Virus record (IMG/VR): IMGVR_UViG_3300047554_001015
Coordinates: 1 to 57,832 of that record
Direction: 5' to 3' (one strand)
Length of the DNA stretch: 57,832 bases
DNA from: a virus
Taxonomy: Duplodnaviria > Caudoviricetes
This document shows, piece after piece, positions 35,106-44,919 of this stretch (positions within the stretch are counted from its first letter, which is position 1; the number at the start of each line of letters is the position of its first letter). Below the pieces are notes generated by a model. The model did no database searches. It was not told the DNA's origin and was given only the letters and a program-made list of their open reading frames with translations. The position numbers and the translations under genes were made by a program.

Positions 35106-36616
35106 TGGCTATTACTGGATTTTTCCACGGGGTAGAAACCCGATATATCGATAACGTCCCCCGCAGTGTTCAGGTTGTTCCCAGCGCGATTATCTTCCTT
35201 GTGGGATCCGCCCCCACATACAAGGCAGTCAGCCCTCAGGCAATCAATGACCCGATCCGCTGCCAGAATGATGTCGAGGATTCCAACTATTTTGGGGCCA
35301 AAACCCCAGGCTTTACGATTCCCTATGCCCTGGATATTCTACGGGATTATGGCGCGGGCACTGTGGAAGTGGTCAACGTTTGGGATCCAGCCGTTCATAA
35401 AACCCAGGCTGAAGACATTGACTACACCCTTCCCACGACTGGGCTAAATGCTGACAAAATCCAGTTGGTCCGGGTCACCGGGACAGCCCCTAGTCAAGTC
35501 AAAACCACGATCGCCGCTGAAGGGTTGACAGGCACGACAACGGTAACCGGCAACGGTGGAACCCCCACCTATGTTCTCAATACTGACTACACCCTCAACA
35601 CCACAACGGGGGAGATTGAGCGGGTTGTTGGCGGGGCCATCAGTGCTGGCGCAACCCTAGAGGTTACCTATACCTACGCCGATCCTGACACGGTGGATGC
35701 CGCCGATATTATCGGGACCGTGGTAGACAGCGATCGCACTGGGCTTCAGGCTTGCCTGGATGTCTACCCCCTACGCGGCTACAAACCCAAGATTTTGATT
35801 GCGCCCTGGTTTGCTGACCAGGATGCCGTCTCTGTGGAACTGATTGCCAAGGCTGACAAACTCAATGCCTACGTTGCACTGGATGCTCCGGTAGCAGCAA
35901 CGCGGGATGAGGCGATCGCCGGTCGCAACGGCACGGCCCCTGTCGCTAACTTTGACACCAGCAATCGCCGCACGGTCTTGTGCTTCCCCCACATGACCAA
36001 TTCCGATGGGGTGCTGATTCCGGCATCGGTGCATTTTGCCGGGGTGGTAGCCTACACGGATCGACAGTTTGGTTATTGGTGGTCTCCCTCCAACAAAGAG
36101 ATCAAAAACGCCACTGAGGCAGAGCTGCGGTTGACCGCAGATTTTACCGATGAGACCTCAGACCTGAACGTCCTCAACTCTGTGGGAATTTGGTCCCCTG
36201 CCTACCGGGACTTTGGCACGGGCTACCGGGCATGGGGGAACCGTTCCGCCCGATTCCCTTCTGACTCCGATGTCACCACATTCATTTGTATTGGCCGGAA
36301 TCTGGATATTACCCTTGAGTCGGCTCAGCGGGCTTGTTTGCCTTTTGTCGATCGCCCGATTAACGATGCCCTGATTGATGTGGTACTGGAGACCCTCAAC
36401 GGCTTTGTGCGGGAACGGGTTCTTGAGGGAGCCATGTTTGAAGGAAGCCGATTTTTCTACAGCCAAGCCCGTAACCCGGTGACCCAATTGGCGGCTGGGA
36501 AAATCGTGTTTTCCTACGAGTTTGGGATGCCTACCCCCGCAGAGTGGATCATTCTTGAGGGGACTATCGACATCAACCTGTTTGCTCAGCTTGGCGCTTC
36601 TTTGGAGGTTCAGTAA
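35105..36616 (+). CDS. tail sheath protein
   Basis: FFHGVET, PKILIAP, GYWWSPSN, LN..GI, G.R.WGNR; GTG after AGGAGG. Confidence 0.93.
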   Translation: MAITGFFHGVETRYIDNVPRSVQVVPSAIIFLVGSAPTYKAVSPQAINDPIRCQNDVEDSNYFGAKTPGFTIPYALDILRDYGAGTVEVVNVWDPAVHKTQAEDIDYTLPTTGLNADKIQLVRVTGTAPSQVKTTIAAEGLTGTTTVTGNGGTPTYVLNTDYTLNTTTGEIERVVGGAISAGATLEVTYTYADPDTVDAADIIGTVVDSDRTGLQACLDVYPLRGYKPKILIAPWFADQDAVSVELIAKADKLNAYVALDAPVAATRDEAIAGRNGTAPVANFDTSNRRTVLCFPHMTNSDGVLIPASVHFAGVVAYTDRQFGYWWSPSNKEIKNATEAELRLTADFTDETSDLNVLNSVGIWSPAYRDFGTGYRAWGNRSARFPSDSDVTTFICIGRNLDITLESAQRACLPFVDRPINDALIDVVLETLNGFVRERVLEGAMFEGSRFFYSQARNPVTQLAAGKIVFSYEFGMPTPAEWIILEGTIDINLFAQLGASLEVQ

Positions 36617-36620
36617 GTAA

Positions 36621-37136
36621 ATGACATTATCCTATGCTCTCGAAAACGCCACGGTTTGGCTCAATGGCAATACCTTGGCTGGGCACGTTTCTGAAATTGA
36701 ACTGCCCGAATTGAATTTTCAAACCATTGACCGGGAAGCGCTGGGCGATATTGGGATCCTCCAGTTGCCCACACGATTAGAGGAATTGGAGTGTACGCTA
36801 ACCTGGACCGACTGGAATCCAGAACTAGCGATCGCCGCTTGCAACCCGTGGGCTGTGGCCAAGATCCAAGTGCGGGGCAACGTGGCAGAACATTCCCCAC
36901 AAGGGAAGGTTGCCGATTCCCTCCTGAAGGTTGACATCACGGGCCGGTTCCTGCAAAACCAGTTAGGGACCATTTCCCCCAATGAAGCCCTTGAGGTTGA
37001 AACCATGATGTCTTGCATTTACGTGAAGCAAACCTGGAAAGGTGCCACAATCTTGGAAGTCGATATTCAAACCCCAACCTACCGGGTCAACGGGGTCGAT
37101 CGACTTGAGGCAATGCGTGCAAATATGGGCCGATAA
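36621..37136 (+). CDS. tail tube protein (P2 FII-like)
   Basis: G.VSEIELP, EVD......VNGVD.L..MRA..G. Confidence 0.9.
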   Translation: MTLSYALENATVWLNGNTLAGHVSEIELPELNFQTIDREALGDIGILQLPTRLEELECTLTWTDWNPELAIAACNPWAVAKIQVRGNVAEHSPQGKVADSLLKVDITGRFLQNQLGTISPNEALEVETMMSCIYVKQTWKGATILEVDIQTPTYRVNGVDRLEAMRANMGR

Positions 37137-37139
37137 TCC

Positions 37140-37406
37140 ATGGAATCTATTCAATTGCCCTCTGGGCTGGCAGTACGTCGCAAAACCCTAACGGGTCGGC
37201 AATTCTTCAAATTTCAAGCGATGGCGGCAAAAAACACCGCTGATGCTGGGGAGTGGTTCATCCTGAACGCCTTTGAGTGGGAGGATGGATCGCCCATTGT
37301 CACCGACGATCTGGATGAGGGTGGGAACCTGAGTTTTGATGATGTTTTGTTCCTTAACAAAATCAGCACCCAAACTTTTACCCCCTCCCGTCCCCCAGAG
37401 ACATAA
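37140..37406 (+). CDS. tail assembly chaperone (gpE/gpG-like)
   Basis: Between tube and tape measure. Confidence 0.75.
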   Translation: MESIQLPSGLAVRRKTLTGRQFFKFQAMAAKNTADAGEWFILNAFEWEDGSPIVTDDLDEGGNLSFDDVLFLNKISTQTFTPSRPPET

Positions 37407-37561
37407 TCATTCTCAGCAAAGAGACCGGATGGGGGGCCGCAGATTTATTTGATCTGGATTGGCATGAGATCCGGTTTTGGGTTGAGGAAGTCAAAGCCCT
37501 GCAACGGGACAGGGTGAAAGCTGAGCGACAGGCACAAAAACAACAAAGGAGGAAACGCTAG
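37376..37561 (+). CDS. -1 frameshift extension of tail chaperone (gpE'/gpT-like)
   Basis: -1 frame reads ...RDIIILSKETGWGAADLFDLDWHEIRFW...KR*, with stop overlapping the tape measure GTG. Confidence 0.75.
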   Translation, partial: FYPLPSPRDIIILSKETGWGAADLFDLDWHEIRFWVEEVKALQRDRVKAERQAQKQQRRKR

Positions 37562-39882
37562 TGGCTGATACTTCAATGGAAATTTTAATTTCAGTTGCGG
37601 ATCAGGCTAGCGGTCCTCTCAGAAGCATCATGCAGGGCGTTGACGATATCCAAGGGGCCGGTAGGCGACTTCAGGATGTTGGTGGCGCTCTGTTTGGCGT
37701 TGGGGCGGGAATCGCTGCGGTTTCTGCCCCTTTTGTTCTGGCTGGGGTGGATGCGGTCAGAACCGCCGCAGATGTCGAGGAGGCCACTGCCAACTTCAGC
37801 AAGGCCAGCAACATTGCTGGGGAAGAGCTTGACGAAATGCGGGACAAGTTCATGGCGCTTTCAAGGGAAATTCCCTTAACCGCTGTGGAATTGCTCACCA
37901 TTGGGACGGAACTTTCAAAAATGGGCATTGCAGGGGAGGAGTCGATCCTGCAAACCACAGAACTGGTTTCTCAAATGTCCACAGCATTTGATATTAGCGC
38001 TGAAGATGCGGGGACCGCTGTGGGCAAGCTGGCGGCTAGTTTTGGGATGATCGAGGATGGGATCCCAGACCTTGGACGGCTTGAGGCTTTTGCCAACGTA
38101 GTCAACAACCTTGGCGACAGCATGGCTGTGACCGAATCGGAGATCCTGAACTTTGTGCAACGGGCCAGTGCTCTGACCGGGTTTGGGATTGACGAAAACG
38201 AACTGGCTGCATTTGGCGCAACCATGATCGAGTTGGGTTTGGCCCCTGAGGTTGCGGCGCGGGCATTCAATACCTTTGGCAGCGTGGTAGCCAATGCAAC
38301 CAAGGCGACCCCCAAAGCACAGGCAGCTTTTGAAGATTTGGGATTTTCCGTTGAGGAGCTTCAGGCCCGGATGGCGGCGGGGGAAGGCACTGAAGTGATG
38401 ACGGAATTATTCAACGCTGTGGCGGCTGAAGGTCCGGCAGCACTGGGGATTTTCACCGATATTGTGGGGGTTGGCTTTGCGGATGAATTGACCCGAATCG
38501 CCGGTTCCGCTGAAGGGGTAGGCAAGGGATTCCAATTTATGGAGGAATCCCTTGCGGGGGGCGGTTCCACATTGGAACAAAACGCCGAAATTATGGGCGG
38601 GACGTTTAATGCTGAAGTCAAAAAACTGGCCAACGCATTTGATGAGCTAAAGGTCAAACTGACTGACACGGGATTCCTGGATGGGATAGCGGGAATCGTC
38701 ACAGGACTGACCGGGCTAATCAATAGAATCAATGACTTGCATCCGGCCATCCTTGGAACAATCACGGTGATCGGGGCGCTAGGGGCCGGACTTGCTGCGG
38801 TTGTTGGGGGTGGTCTTGCATTATTGGGGGCGTTGGCCACAGCGGCGGGAACAGTGATCCAAGTTTTTGGCGCGGGCGGGGTGTTGGCATTTATGACCCC
38901 TACACTACTCAGTATTGCCGCTGCTATCAAGGCCGCAGCAATCGCGGCAACTTCATTTGCTGCAACCTTTGTGGGATTGTTTGCTGCCCTGGCTGCTATC
39001 CCGGTTGTGATTTTCAACATTGGGGCCGCAGCCCAAGGCATGACCCTGACATTCCAAGATTTCTTCAACGTGATTGGCAATGCCCTGATGACGCTGCCCC
39101 AAAACCTAGCAGCATTACCAGCGGCGATCGCGGTCCTGATTGGCCAGTTGGTGGTCTCGGTTACCACAGGGATTGCTCAGATGGTGGCGGCTGTGGCTAT
39201 GCCAATCACGATGATGGTGGCCAATATCTCAATGGGTATCACGATGATGATTGCGCGGGTCAGCATGGGCTTTGCTCAGATGGTGGCTGCCATTTCTGTG
39301 GCGATCGCTCAGATGGTGGTTGCCATGGCTACCGGCATTGCTCAGATGGTGGCCCGGATGGTGAGCGGTGCGGCCCAAATGGTTTCCGCCATTGTTTCAG
39401 CCGGTGCCCAAATGGTTGCTGCGGTTTCCAGTCTGGGGGCGCAATTTTTCGCGGCGGGGGCAAATATTATCAGCAGCCTAGTTTCGGGCATCCGGTCCAA
39501 AATTGGGGAAGCTCAAGCGGCGATCGCTTCGGTTGCATCAACAATCCGGGGGGCGTTGCCCTTTAGCCCTCCCAAGTGGGGACCGCTATCGGACATCATG
39601 GAGGCTGGCCCCAATATTGTGGGGTCAATTGCCTCAGGTATCACTCCCGGCCCGATCGCCGCAGCCATGCGCAACGCTCTCACCCCAGCTCAATCCCAGC
39701 TTTCCACAACCACAGGCGGGGGTTCCACAGGAGGGGGCGGGGCCATTTCGATTAACTTTGCCCCGGTCATCAATGCAGGGGCGGGGGCAGATGTGGGAGC
39801 CATCCGGGAAGTGCTAGAGCAGCAGGTGGAGCAAATTTTGCAGCAAATCCAGCAAAATCAACGGAGAGTCAGCTATGGCTAA
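37561..39882 (+). CDS. tail tape measure protein
   Basis: 773 aa, VNNLGD..A..E.EI motif, 11-residue AQMVA repeats, PFSPPKWGPLSD. Confidence 0.93.
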   Translation: MADTSMEILISVADQASGPLRSIMQGVDDIQGAGRRLQDVGGALFGVGAGIAAVSAPFVLAGVDAVRTAADVEEATANFSKASNIAGEELDEMRDKFMALSREIPLTAVELLTIGTELSKMGIAGEESILQTTELVSQMSTAFDISAEDAGTAVGKLAASFGMIEDGIPDLGRLEAFANVVNNLGDSMAVTESEILNFVQRASALTGFGIDENELAAFGATMIELGLAPEVAARAFNTFGSVVANATKATPKAQAAFEDLGFSVEELQARMAAGEGTEVMTELFNAVAAEGPAALGIFTDIVGVGFADELTRIAGSAEGVGKGFQFMEESLAGGGSTLEQNAEIMGGTFNAEVKKLANAFDELKVKLTDTGFLDGIAGIVTGLTGLINRINDLHPAILGTITVIGALGAGLAAVVGGGLALLGALATAAGTVIQVFGAGGVLAFMTPTLLSIAAAIKAAAIAATSFAATFVGLFAALAAIPVVIFNIGAAAQGMTLTFQDFFNVIGNALMTLPQNLAALPAAIAVLIGQLVVSVTTGIAQMVAAVAMPITMMVANISMGITMMIARVSMGFAQMVAAISVAIAQMVVAMATGIAQMVARMVSGAAQMVSAIVSAGAQMVAAVSSLGAQFFAAGANIISSLVSGIRSKIGEAQAAIASVASTIRGALPFSPPKWGPLSDIMEAGPNIVGSIASGITPGPIAAAMRNALTPAQSQLSTTTGGGSTGGGGAISINFAPVINAGAGADVGAIREVLEQQVEQILQQIQQNQRRVSYG

Positions 39883-40033
39883 AAGTTTCAAAGTCGATTG
39901 TCCCCACAAGCTCTGTGACGGGGTGATTCCGGTTCACATCAAGGATGAGTCTGGGGTCTATTGGTGCAAATGCCACGGGATCCAAGTGCGACTCCGGTGG
40001 GTGGACGGCAAACCACAGTTAAGCCAGGTCTGA
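39875..40033 (+). CDS. small zinc-ribbon protein (52 aa)
   Basis: Translated by hand: CPHKLC...CKCH; GGAG SD. Confidence 0.5.
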   Translation: MAKSFKVDCPHKLCDGVIPVHIKDESGVYWCKCHGIQVRLRWVDGKPQLSQV

Positions 40034-40108
40034 CAATGCCACAAAAAAGCCCCACGTCACTCGCTGCCGTGGGGTTAAATGTCTCAGAAAGATTGCTTTG
40101 ATTCTAGC

Positions 40109-40456
40109 CTAATCCCATCCCATATCATCCGCACAGAGCAGGGCAGAATCATCCACCCGTGAAGGTGCGGCCCCAGCCCTGACCATTTTATTGATGCACC
40201 GCCACAGTCGGACGGTTTTGATATTGCGGCCCACCCCCTGGGATTGGGGCTGAGTTTCCGCCATGATTAAGCCAGTTGCCCGCAGTTGCTGCCAGGGGTT
40301 CAGTTCTTGCCAGTCTGCCACGGTCGCAGTAGGGGGCAAGGGTGTAAGGGGCGGGGGAGATGTGATCAGACTGTAGGCAGACCAGGCAAGGAAAAGCCCC
40401 GCCATGGTTTTGATAATGCGATCGGCAATTTGTTCTTGGGTTGGGGGAGTTTTCAT
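40109..40456 (-). CDS. hypothetical membrane protein
   Basis: One TM; ATGA-coupled to nuclease gene. Confidence 0.6.
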   Translation of the reverse strand: MKTPPTQEQIADRIIKTMAGLFLAWSAYSLITSPPPLTPLPPTATVADWQELNPWQQLRATGLIMAETQPQSQGVGRNIKTVRLWRCINKMVRAGAAPSRVDDSALLCADDMGWD

Positions 40457-40857
40457 TTTGCTAATAATTTGGTTCTCGCCTCAATAATAGCGGCAACTTG
40501 CCTTAAACTCTCCTCAGTAATCTGCTGTGGGGCCAGAAAAACCGTTAGCCACCCCTGAAGGGCAGCAAGCCTCGATTTTTCGTAATCTCTCAGCAGTCCC
40601 GGCCCGGAGCCATGCCCCCCCGGCCTACGCCTGCCATCTTTGCCCCTTACCCCATAGACCGCACCATTGATCTCGATCGCGGTTTGGGATGGGAAGTGGG
40701 CAAAGTCAAATCTAAAACGGCGTTTGGGGATGAGCTTAACCTGGGTTACCAAATCCACAGAGGGAAATAGATCGACCCATTGCTGAGCAAAATCCATTTC
40801 GGCGCTACTATCTATCTCCGATGCGTCAATCTCTTTGTTTCTCGCCATAATCCACAC
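40453..40857 (-). CDS. PD-(D/E)xK endonuclease, Vsr/DUF559-like
   Basis: RRFRFDFA...AIEING...H......RDYEK...A...GW. Confidence 0.8.
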   Translation of the reverse strand: MWIMARNKEIDASEIDSSAEMDFAQQWVDLFPSVDLVTQVKLIPKRRFRFDFAHFPSQTAIEINGAVYGVRGKDGRRRPGGHGSGPGLLRDYEKSRLAALQGWLTVFLAPQQITEESLRQVAAIIEARTKLLAK

Positions 40858-40874
40858 GAAAACTCATTTCTATT

Positions 40875-41306
40875 ATGCTATCCCACAATGACCGTGAATT
40901 TTTAGCCCTAGCCAAAATTGCCGCCACAGGGTCCACCTGCATTTACCAATCTGTGGGGGCAGTCCTAGCCAAGGGCGATCGCTGGCTGTCCTCAGGCTGC
41001 AACCATGTTGCTGAAGGGCTGGAGTCTTGCCACCATCGCGGGCACTGCCGAACCCCCGGAACCGACTGCGGCAATTCTGGCCTTCCGTCCCGTGCCCTCC
41101 ATGCTGAAGTTGCCGCCATCCTGCAATCCCCTGAATGCCAAGGGGCAACCCTGTACTGCACTCACCAGCCCTGCCTAAATTGCCTCAAGGTCATGGCTGG
41201 GGCGGGAGTAGCCCGTGTGGTTTATGTCGGCCAGCCAGTCACAGACTCAATCCGCCACGAATTCCACAGCGTGCTAGCCATTGAGGCCGTCCCTGTGGGG
41301 CAATAA
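40875..41306 (+). CDS. dCMP deaminase
   Basis: STC...VGAVL, HAE, T..PCLNC zinc motifs. Confidence 0.9.
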   Translation: MLSHNDREFLALAKIAATGSTCIYQSVGAVLAKGDRWLSSGCNHVAEGLESCHHRGHCRTPGTDCGNSGLPSRALHAEVAAILQSPECQGATLYCTHQPCLNCLKVMAGAGVARVVYVGQPVTDSIRHEFHSVLAIEAVPVGQ

Positions 41307-41328
41307 AAAAGCCCCCTAGGGAGGGGGC
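41302..41328 (-). terminator. intrinsic terminator
   Basis: AATAAAAAAGCCCCCT-AGGG-AGGGGGC. Confidence 0.8.
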
Positions 41329-41337
41329 GATGTGGGC

Positions 41338-41727
41338 TTAGTCGTAGCAGGCTCTCCAGCGGAAGCCATCATGGGTGAATCGCCGACCGTTCAAATACCG
41401 GGCTACATCATCCCCGGTCAGGTTCATCTCGACAATTCGCTGGACAAGGCCCACAGCAGCCTTGCCTTGTAGGCGAAGATAAATTTGCTCACGGTAACCA
41501 TCAACCCGTGCCGTACGCAGGGCGTGGGACAACCCGTAGATGGCGGTGCGCACGTCCTGCGCACCTTCGCGGGTCCGGACGGTTTCCATTTGCCGGAAGG
41601 CTTTAACAATGATGTCCTCTAGCGTCATCTTTGAACTGATCCGCTTAATCCCTAGCAGGGCGCGGATTTCACCGGGGACATGGGAGGAAGGGGCGTAAAG
41701 ACTGGGGGTTTGTAGTTGGCTGGTCAT
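41338..41727 (-). CDS. hypothetical early protein
   Basis: Single-gene island with promoter, AAGGAG SD and terminator. Confidence 0.75.
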   Translation of the reverse strand: MTSQLQTPSLYAPSSHVPGEIRALLGIKRISSKMTLEDIIVKAFRQMETVRTREGAQDVRTAIYGLSHALRTARVDGYREQIYLRLQGKAAVGLVQRIVEMNLTGDDVARYLNGRRFTHDGFRWRACYD

Positions 41728-41774
41728 CGTCTTGCTCCTTGCCCGGTGGGCGTTTCGTTTCCTGGACTGAGTTA

Positions 41775-41803
41775 AATATAAGGGAATACTGCTACGTTGT
41801 CAA
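41775..41803 (-). promoter_or_regulatory. sigma70-type early promoter
   Basis: TTGACA-N17-TATATT. Confidence 0.85.
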
Positions 41804-41827
41804 CACATTGGACTAAATTAATTTCGG

Positions 41828-41836
41828 GGGAACCCT
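41828..41836 (+). promoter_or_regulatory. late promoter motif GGGAACCCT
   Basis: 20 nt upstream of ATG 41857. Confidence 0.7.
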
Positions 41837-41856
41837 AACCAAAAGACTCCCCCGCT

Positions 41857-42087
41857 ATGCACCCTGATTTATTTGATCTCATCTCGTTTGGTGCTGCCTT
41901 AGCCAGTACCAGCAAGCTTGCCCTAAACTGGCTTCAAAAGCGGGGCAGTATTGCCAAGATTCGCGCAATTATGGCAGATGGCAGGATCACCCCACAGGAG
42001 GGGGCTGAACTGCGGGCAATGCTGCTGGCTGATTCTGTGGATGCTGTGCTTTTGATTTTGGAGGGCCGCAAGGATGGCGAAAAGTAG
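41857..42087 (+). CDS. small late protein, possibly holin-like
   Basis: Hydrophobic N-terminus, DGRITPQE motif; function uncertain. Confidence 0.45.
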   Translation: MHPDLFDLISFGAALASTSKLALNWLQKRGSIAKIRAIMADGRITPQEGAELRAMLLADSVDAVLLILEGRKDGEK

Positions 42088-42544
42088 ACTGTGGGGACTG
42101 CTGGGCGATATTGAATTTACCCTTGCCCTTGCCCCGGAAGGCTTCAGCCATGAGCGGCGGGTCACCCTGCCAGAGCATGAGGTGATTGAGGATCGGCCCT
42201 CGGTTCAGTGGACCGGCTGGAAATTAGAAACCCTCAGGCTCACCTTTAACTGGCATGTCGGCTGGTGCGATCCGGATGAGCAACTGCTAAAACTCTGGGC
42301 GGCTCAGGATAAGCATGAACCAATGCGGCTTGTTTTGGGTTCGGGCACCTGGAAACGGAAGTGGCTGATTGAATCCGTTTCCGATAACCTGACCCACACC
42401 GACCCATTTGGGGACACCCTAGCAATTGAGGCGACGGTCTCCCTCAAGGAATCGGGCCGCACTGTGGGGACTCAGGCTAGACCCACAGGAATCGCGGTAC
42501 GGGATGGGGGCGGGATTGTGGCACTGGCTCGGAGGGCGGCTTAG
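42074..42544 (+). CDS. tail protein, P2 gpU-like
   Basis: LGDIEF, EH..I...P.VQWTG..L, L.LG.G, WLIES, SLKE. Confidence 0.85.
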   Translation: MAKSRLWGLLGDIEFTLALAPEGFSHERRVTLPEHEVIEDRPSVQWTGWKLETLRLTFNWHVGWCDPDEQLLKLWAAQDKHEPMRLVLGSGTWKRKWLIESVSDNLTHTDPFGDTLAIEATVSLKESGRTVGTQARPTGIAVRDGGGIVALARRAA

Positions 42545-42547
42545 GCC

Positions 42548-42573
42548 ATAAAAAAGCCCCTCAAGGGAGGGGC
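42548..42573 (-). terminator. intrinsic terminator
   Basis: ATAAAAAAGCCCCTC-AAGG-GAGGGGC. Confidence 0.8.
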
Positions 42574-42582
42574 GGGGGGGAA

Positions 42583-43008
42583 TTAGGCTACGCCGTAGTA
42601 GGCTTGAAGCGCCTTGTCCGCAACTCCGTCAACTTCGCGACGGGTGACCTTGCCGGGGATTGGGTTGAAACCAGGATCCGCCCACATTTGCTTTTCAAGG
42701 ACTTCAACTTCGCCATCATTTAGCCACTGGCGGATTGCCTTGCTGCGGGCTTTTTGCTGCTTTTTGTCGGCCAGTGTCGGGAACATCTGGTTCCGGAATC
42801 GGGCATAGTCGTCATCAGACAGATTTTTGCGGTAGAAGTCACAGACCGCTTTCTGGTCTTCGGGCTTAGTTAACTCCAGAAGGACATCGCAGAAATTGCA
42901 CCAGGTCTTAGGAGCCTTGAATTTTTTCTCTTCACCAACGATGGAGGTCAGAATGATGGTGCGGGCAGTCATCTTGACGATTCCAGACTTGTCTTTTTTG
43001 GTGGCCAT
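42583..43008 (-). CDS. hypothetical early protein
   Basis: Single-gene island. Confidence 0.75.
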   Translation of the reverse strand: MATKKDKSGIVKMTARTIILTSIVGEEKKFKAPKTWCNFCDVLLELTKPEDQKAVCDFYRKNLSDDDYARFRNQMFPTLADKKQQKARSKAIRQWLNDGEVEVLEKQMWADPGFNPIPGKVTRREVDGVADKALQAYYGVA

Positions 43009-43055
43009 TGCTTTGTTCCTTGCCCTTGGGGCGTTTCGTTTTCTTTGATGTAATC

Positions 43056-43085
43056 ATAGTAAATCACATGCTGCTACGCTGTCAA
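43056..43085 (-). promoter_or_regulatory. sigma70-type early promoter
   Basis: TTGACA-N18-TACTAT. Confidence 0.8.
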
Positions 43086-43105
43086 CACATTTGGCAAAGT
43101 TTTTT

Positions 43106-43114
43106 GGGAACTCT
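43106..43114 (+). promoter_or_regulatory. late promoter motif GGGAACTCT
   Basis: 20 nt upstream of gpX ATG. Confidence 0.7.
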
Positions 43115-43134
43115 GGCAATAAAGGGACTTGCCC

Positions 43135-43371
43135 ATGGAAGAGTTTATCGAATACCTCACCACAGAGGGGGTGCGTTGGGATGCCGTGGCGTGGGATTGC
43201 TACGGTGACCCCTATGCCTACCCCCAAATCATTGCCGACAATCCAGCCTATCGGGCCATGGCAACCCTACCGGGGGGGGTCCGGCTACAGGTGCGGGTGA
43301 TTGATGCACCGCCAAGGGAGTTGCCGCCTGAGGAGAGCTTGCCGCCATGGCGACGGGGGGCCGCAGCATGA
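43135..43371 (+). CDS. tail protein X (LysM-like)
   Basis: Y.T.EG.RWD.VA..YGD....II..NP...LPPW. Confidence 0.88.
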   Translation: MEEFIEYLTTEGVRWDAVAWDCYGDPYAYPQIIADNPAYRAMATLPGGVRLQVRVIDAPPRELPPEESLPPWRRGAAA

Positions 43372-44408
43372 GGGATCCCATTTTTAGGCTCGGATACGAG
43401 GGAACGGATATCACTGCGGCGATCGCGGCTTGGGTGATCACGGTGGACTTCACAGACAAAAAGGAGGGGGAATCGGATGAGCTTTCGGTAACGATCCAAA
43501 ACGGCGATCGCCGCTGGCTCAATGATTGGTTTCCTGGCACGGGCGATCGGGTCACGTTGGAACTGGGTTACCGGAATGGTCCCACACTAGGGCCGATTAC
43601 CTTTGAGATTGATCAGCCGGAATTTAGCGGGGCACCGGATACCCTGCAACTCCGAGGACTGGCCACCCCCGTTTCCGCCAGTCTCAGGCAGAAAAAAACC
43701 CGCGCCTTTGAGAACACGACCCTAGACCAAATTGCTGCCCAGATTGCCACAGAGAACGGTCTCACCCTTGTGGGATCTGTCCCTGCCTTCCCACTGGAGC
43801 GGGTGACCCAGCGCAACCAAACCGATCTGGAATTTCTCAGGCAGCAAGCGGCAGATTATGGGCTGATTTTCAAAATTGAGAGCTGCACTAACTTGGTCTT
43901 TTTTCGAGAGTCTGACCTTGAAGCTGCTGAACCAGTGCGGGTACTAGCCCTGGATGATTACCGGAACTATAGGGGCCGCAAGGAATCAGTGGGCACCTAC
44001 AAATCGGTAAAAGTTCAGTACCTCAATCCCCAAACCGGCGATTTTGATTCTGTGGAGCTGGATGCTGACGGGGCTGAAGTTGCGACCCCACAGGGGGAGG
44101 AGGGGGAGACTGAGATTTCCAGCGGTGATGTTTTGAATATCCGAGAGCGGTTTGAGTCCAGGGCACAAGCTGAGCAAAAGGCAACCCAGGCACTGCGACG
44201 GGCCAACCGGGGGCAATTCAAGCTGAGTCTAGATATAGAGGGAGACCCCACGCTCTCAGCGGGCAGCAATATCACGGTGGAAGGGCTAGGCAAGCTGAGC
44301 GGCAAATACCAGATCGAGCGAATCCGCCACACCCTGCGAAAATCCCAGGGCTACGCTTCTTCGCTGGACCTGATTGGACTTGAGTTGGGGATTGGGGATG
44401 GGCAATAA
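43368..44408 (+). CDS. baseplate hub, P2 gpD family
   Basis: FTD...GESDEL, LGY, FEID, Q..QTDLEFL...A.DYG, G.P.L.AG. Confidence 0.9.
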   Translation: MRDPIFRLGYEGTDITAAIAAWVITVDFTDKKEGESDELSVTIQNGDRRWLNDWFPGTGDRVTLELGYRNGPTLGPITFEIDQPEFSGAPDTLQLRGLATPVSASLRQKKTRAFENTTLDQIAAQIATENGLTLVGSVPAFPLERVTQRNQTDLEFLRQQAADYGLIFKIESCTNLVFFRESDLEAAEPVRVLALDDYRNYRGRKESVGTYKSVKVQYLNPQTGDFDSVELDADGAEVATPQGEEGETEISSGDVLNIRERFESRAQAEQKATQALRRANRGQFKLSLDIEGDPTLSAGSNITVEGLGKLSGKYQIERIRHTLRKSQGYASSLDLIGLELGIGDGQ

Positions 44409-44430
44409 AAAAGCCCCTCAGGGGAGGGGC
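44404..44430 (-). terminator. intrinsic terminator
   Basis: AATAAAAAAGCCCCTC-AGGG-GAGGGGC. Confidence 0.8.
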
Positions 44431-44437
44431 GGGGGGG

Positions 44438-44788
44438 TTAGGCACTGACCGCCAGTTTCCGGCTCAGGGTTTGGTGCAATTGCTTCATGGCCAGCCATTC
44501 CCTGTACGCCTTATACTCTGGACTTCTGAGGTCAACGCAGCCTAGTACCGGAGACCCTGCCCACTCAGATGGGAAATCTTTCTGACTGGAATCCATCCAG
44601 CCTTTCAGTTGCTTGAGATACTCAGACAACAGCCCATCGGTTGCCTTATAGGATCCCCAGCACTGGTTTAGCGTGTGCTGGTGAAACTCAACTTTGTAGC
44701 CGTGGCGGTTCAGAATCCCGCCTTTGTAAGAGACATTCTTTTCGCAGATGGGGCAGCGGGCTTTGATTGGGATGGTGGTAGCGGTCAT
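44438..44788 (-). CDS. hypothetical early protein with Cys/His zinc-like motif
   Basis: CPIC...HGY...C.GS; single-gene island. Confidence 0.7.
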   Translation of the reverse strand: MTATTIPIKARCPICEKNVSYKGGILNRHGYKVEFHQHTLNQCWGSYKATDGLLSEYLKQLKGWMDSSQKDFPSEWAGSPVLGCVDLRSPEYKAYREWLAMKQLHQTLSRKLAVSA

Positions 44789-44834
44789 GATTGGTCTCTC
44801 TTGTTTTGTGGGCTTCGTTTTCTGAACTGATTTA

Positions 44835-44863
44835 ATAGTAAAACAAAGCTGCTACGCTGTCAA
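44835..44863 (-). promoter_or_regulatory. sigma70-type early promoter
   Basis: TTGACA-N17-TACTAT. Confidence 0.85.
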
Positions 44864-44888
44864 CACATTACAGAAAAATAATTCCACA

Positions 44889-44897
44889 GGGAACTCT
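44889..44897 (+). promoter_or_regulatory. late promoter motif GGGAACTCT
   Basis: 22 nt upstream of gpV start. Confidence 0.7.
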
Positions 44898-44919
44898 CAC
44901 CCAAAATTGAGGGCTAGTT

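Noticed and set aside
39160-39430. 33-bp periodic repeats (GCTCAGATGGTGG)
   Set aside because: Ordinary 11-residue tape measure repeats.
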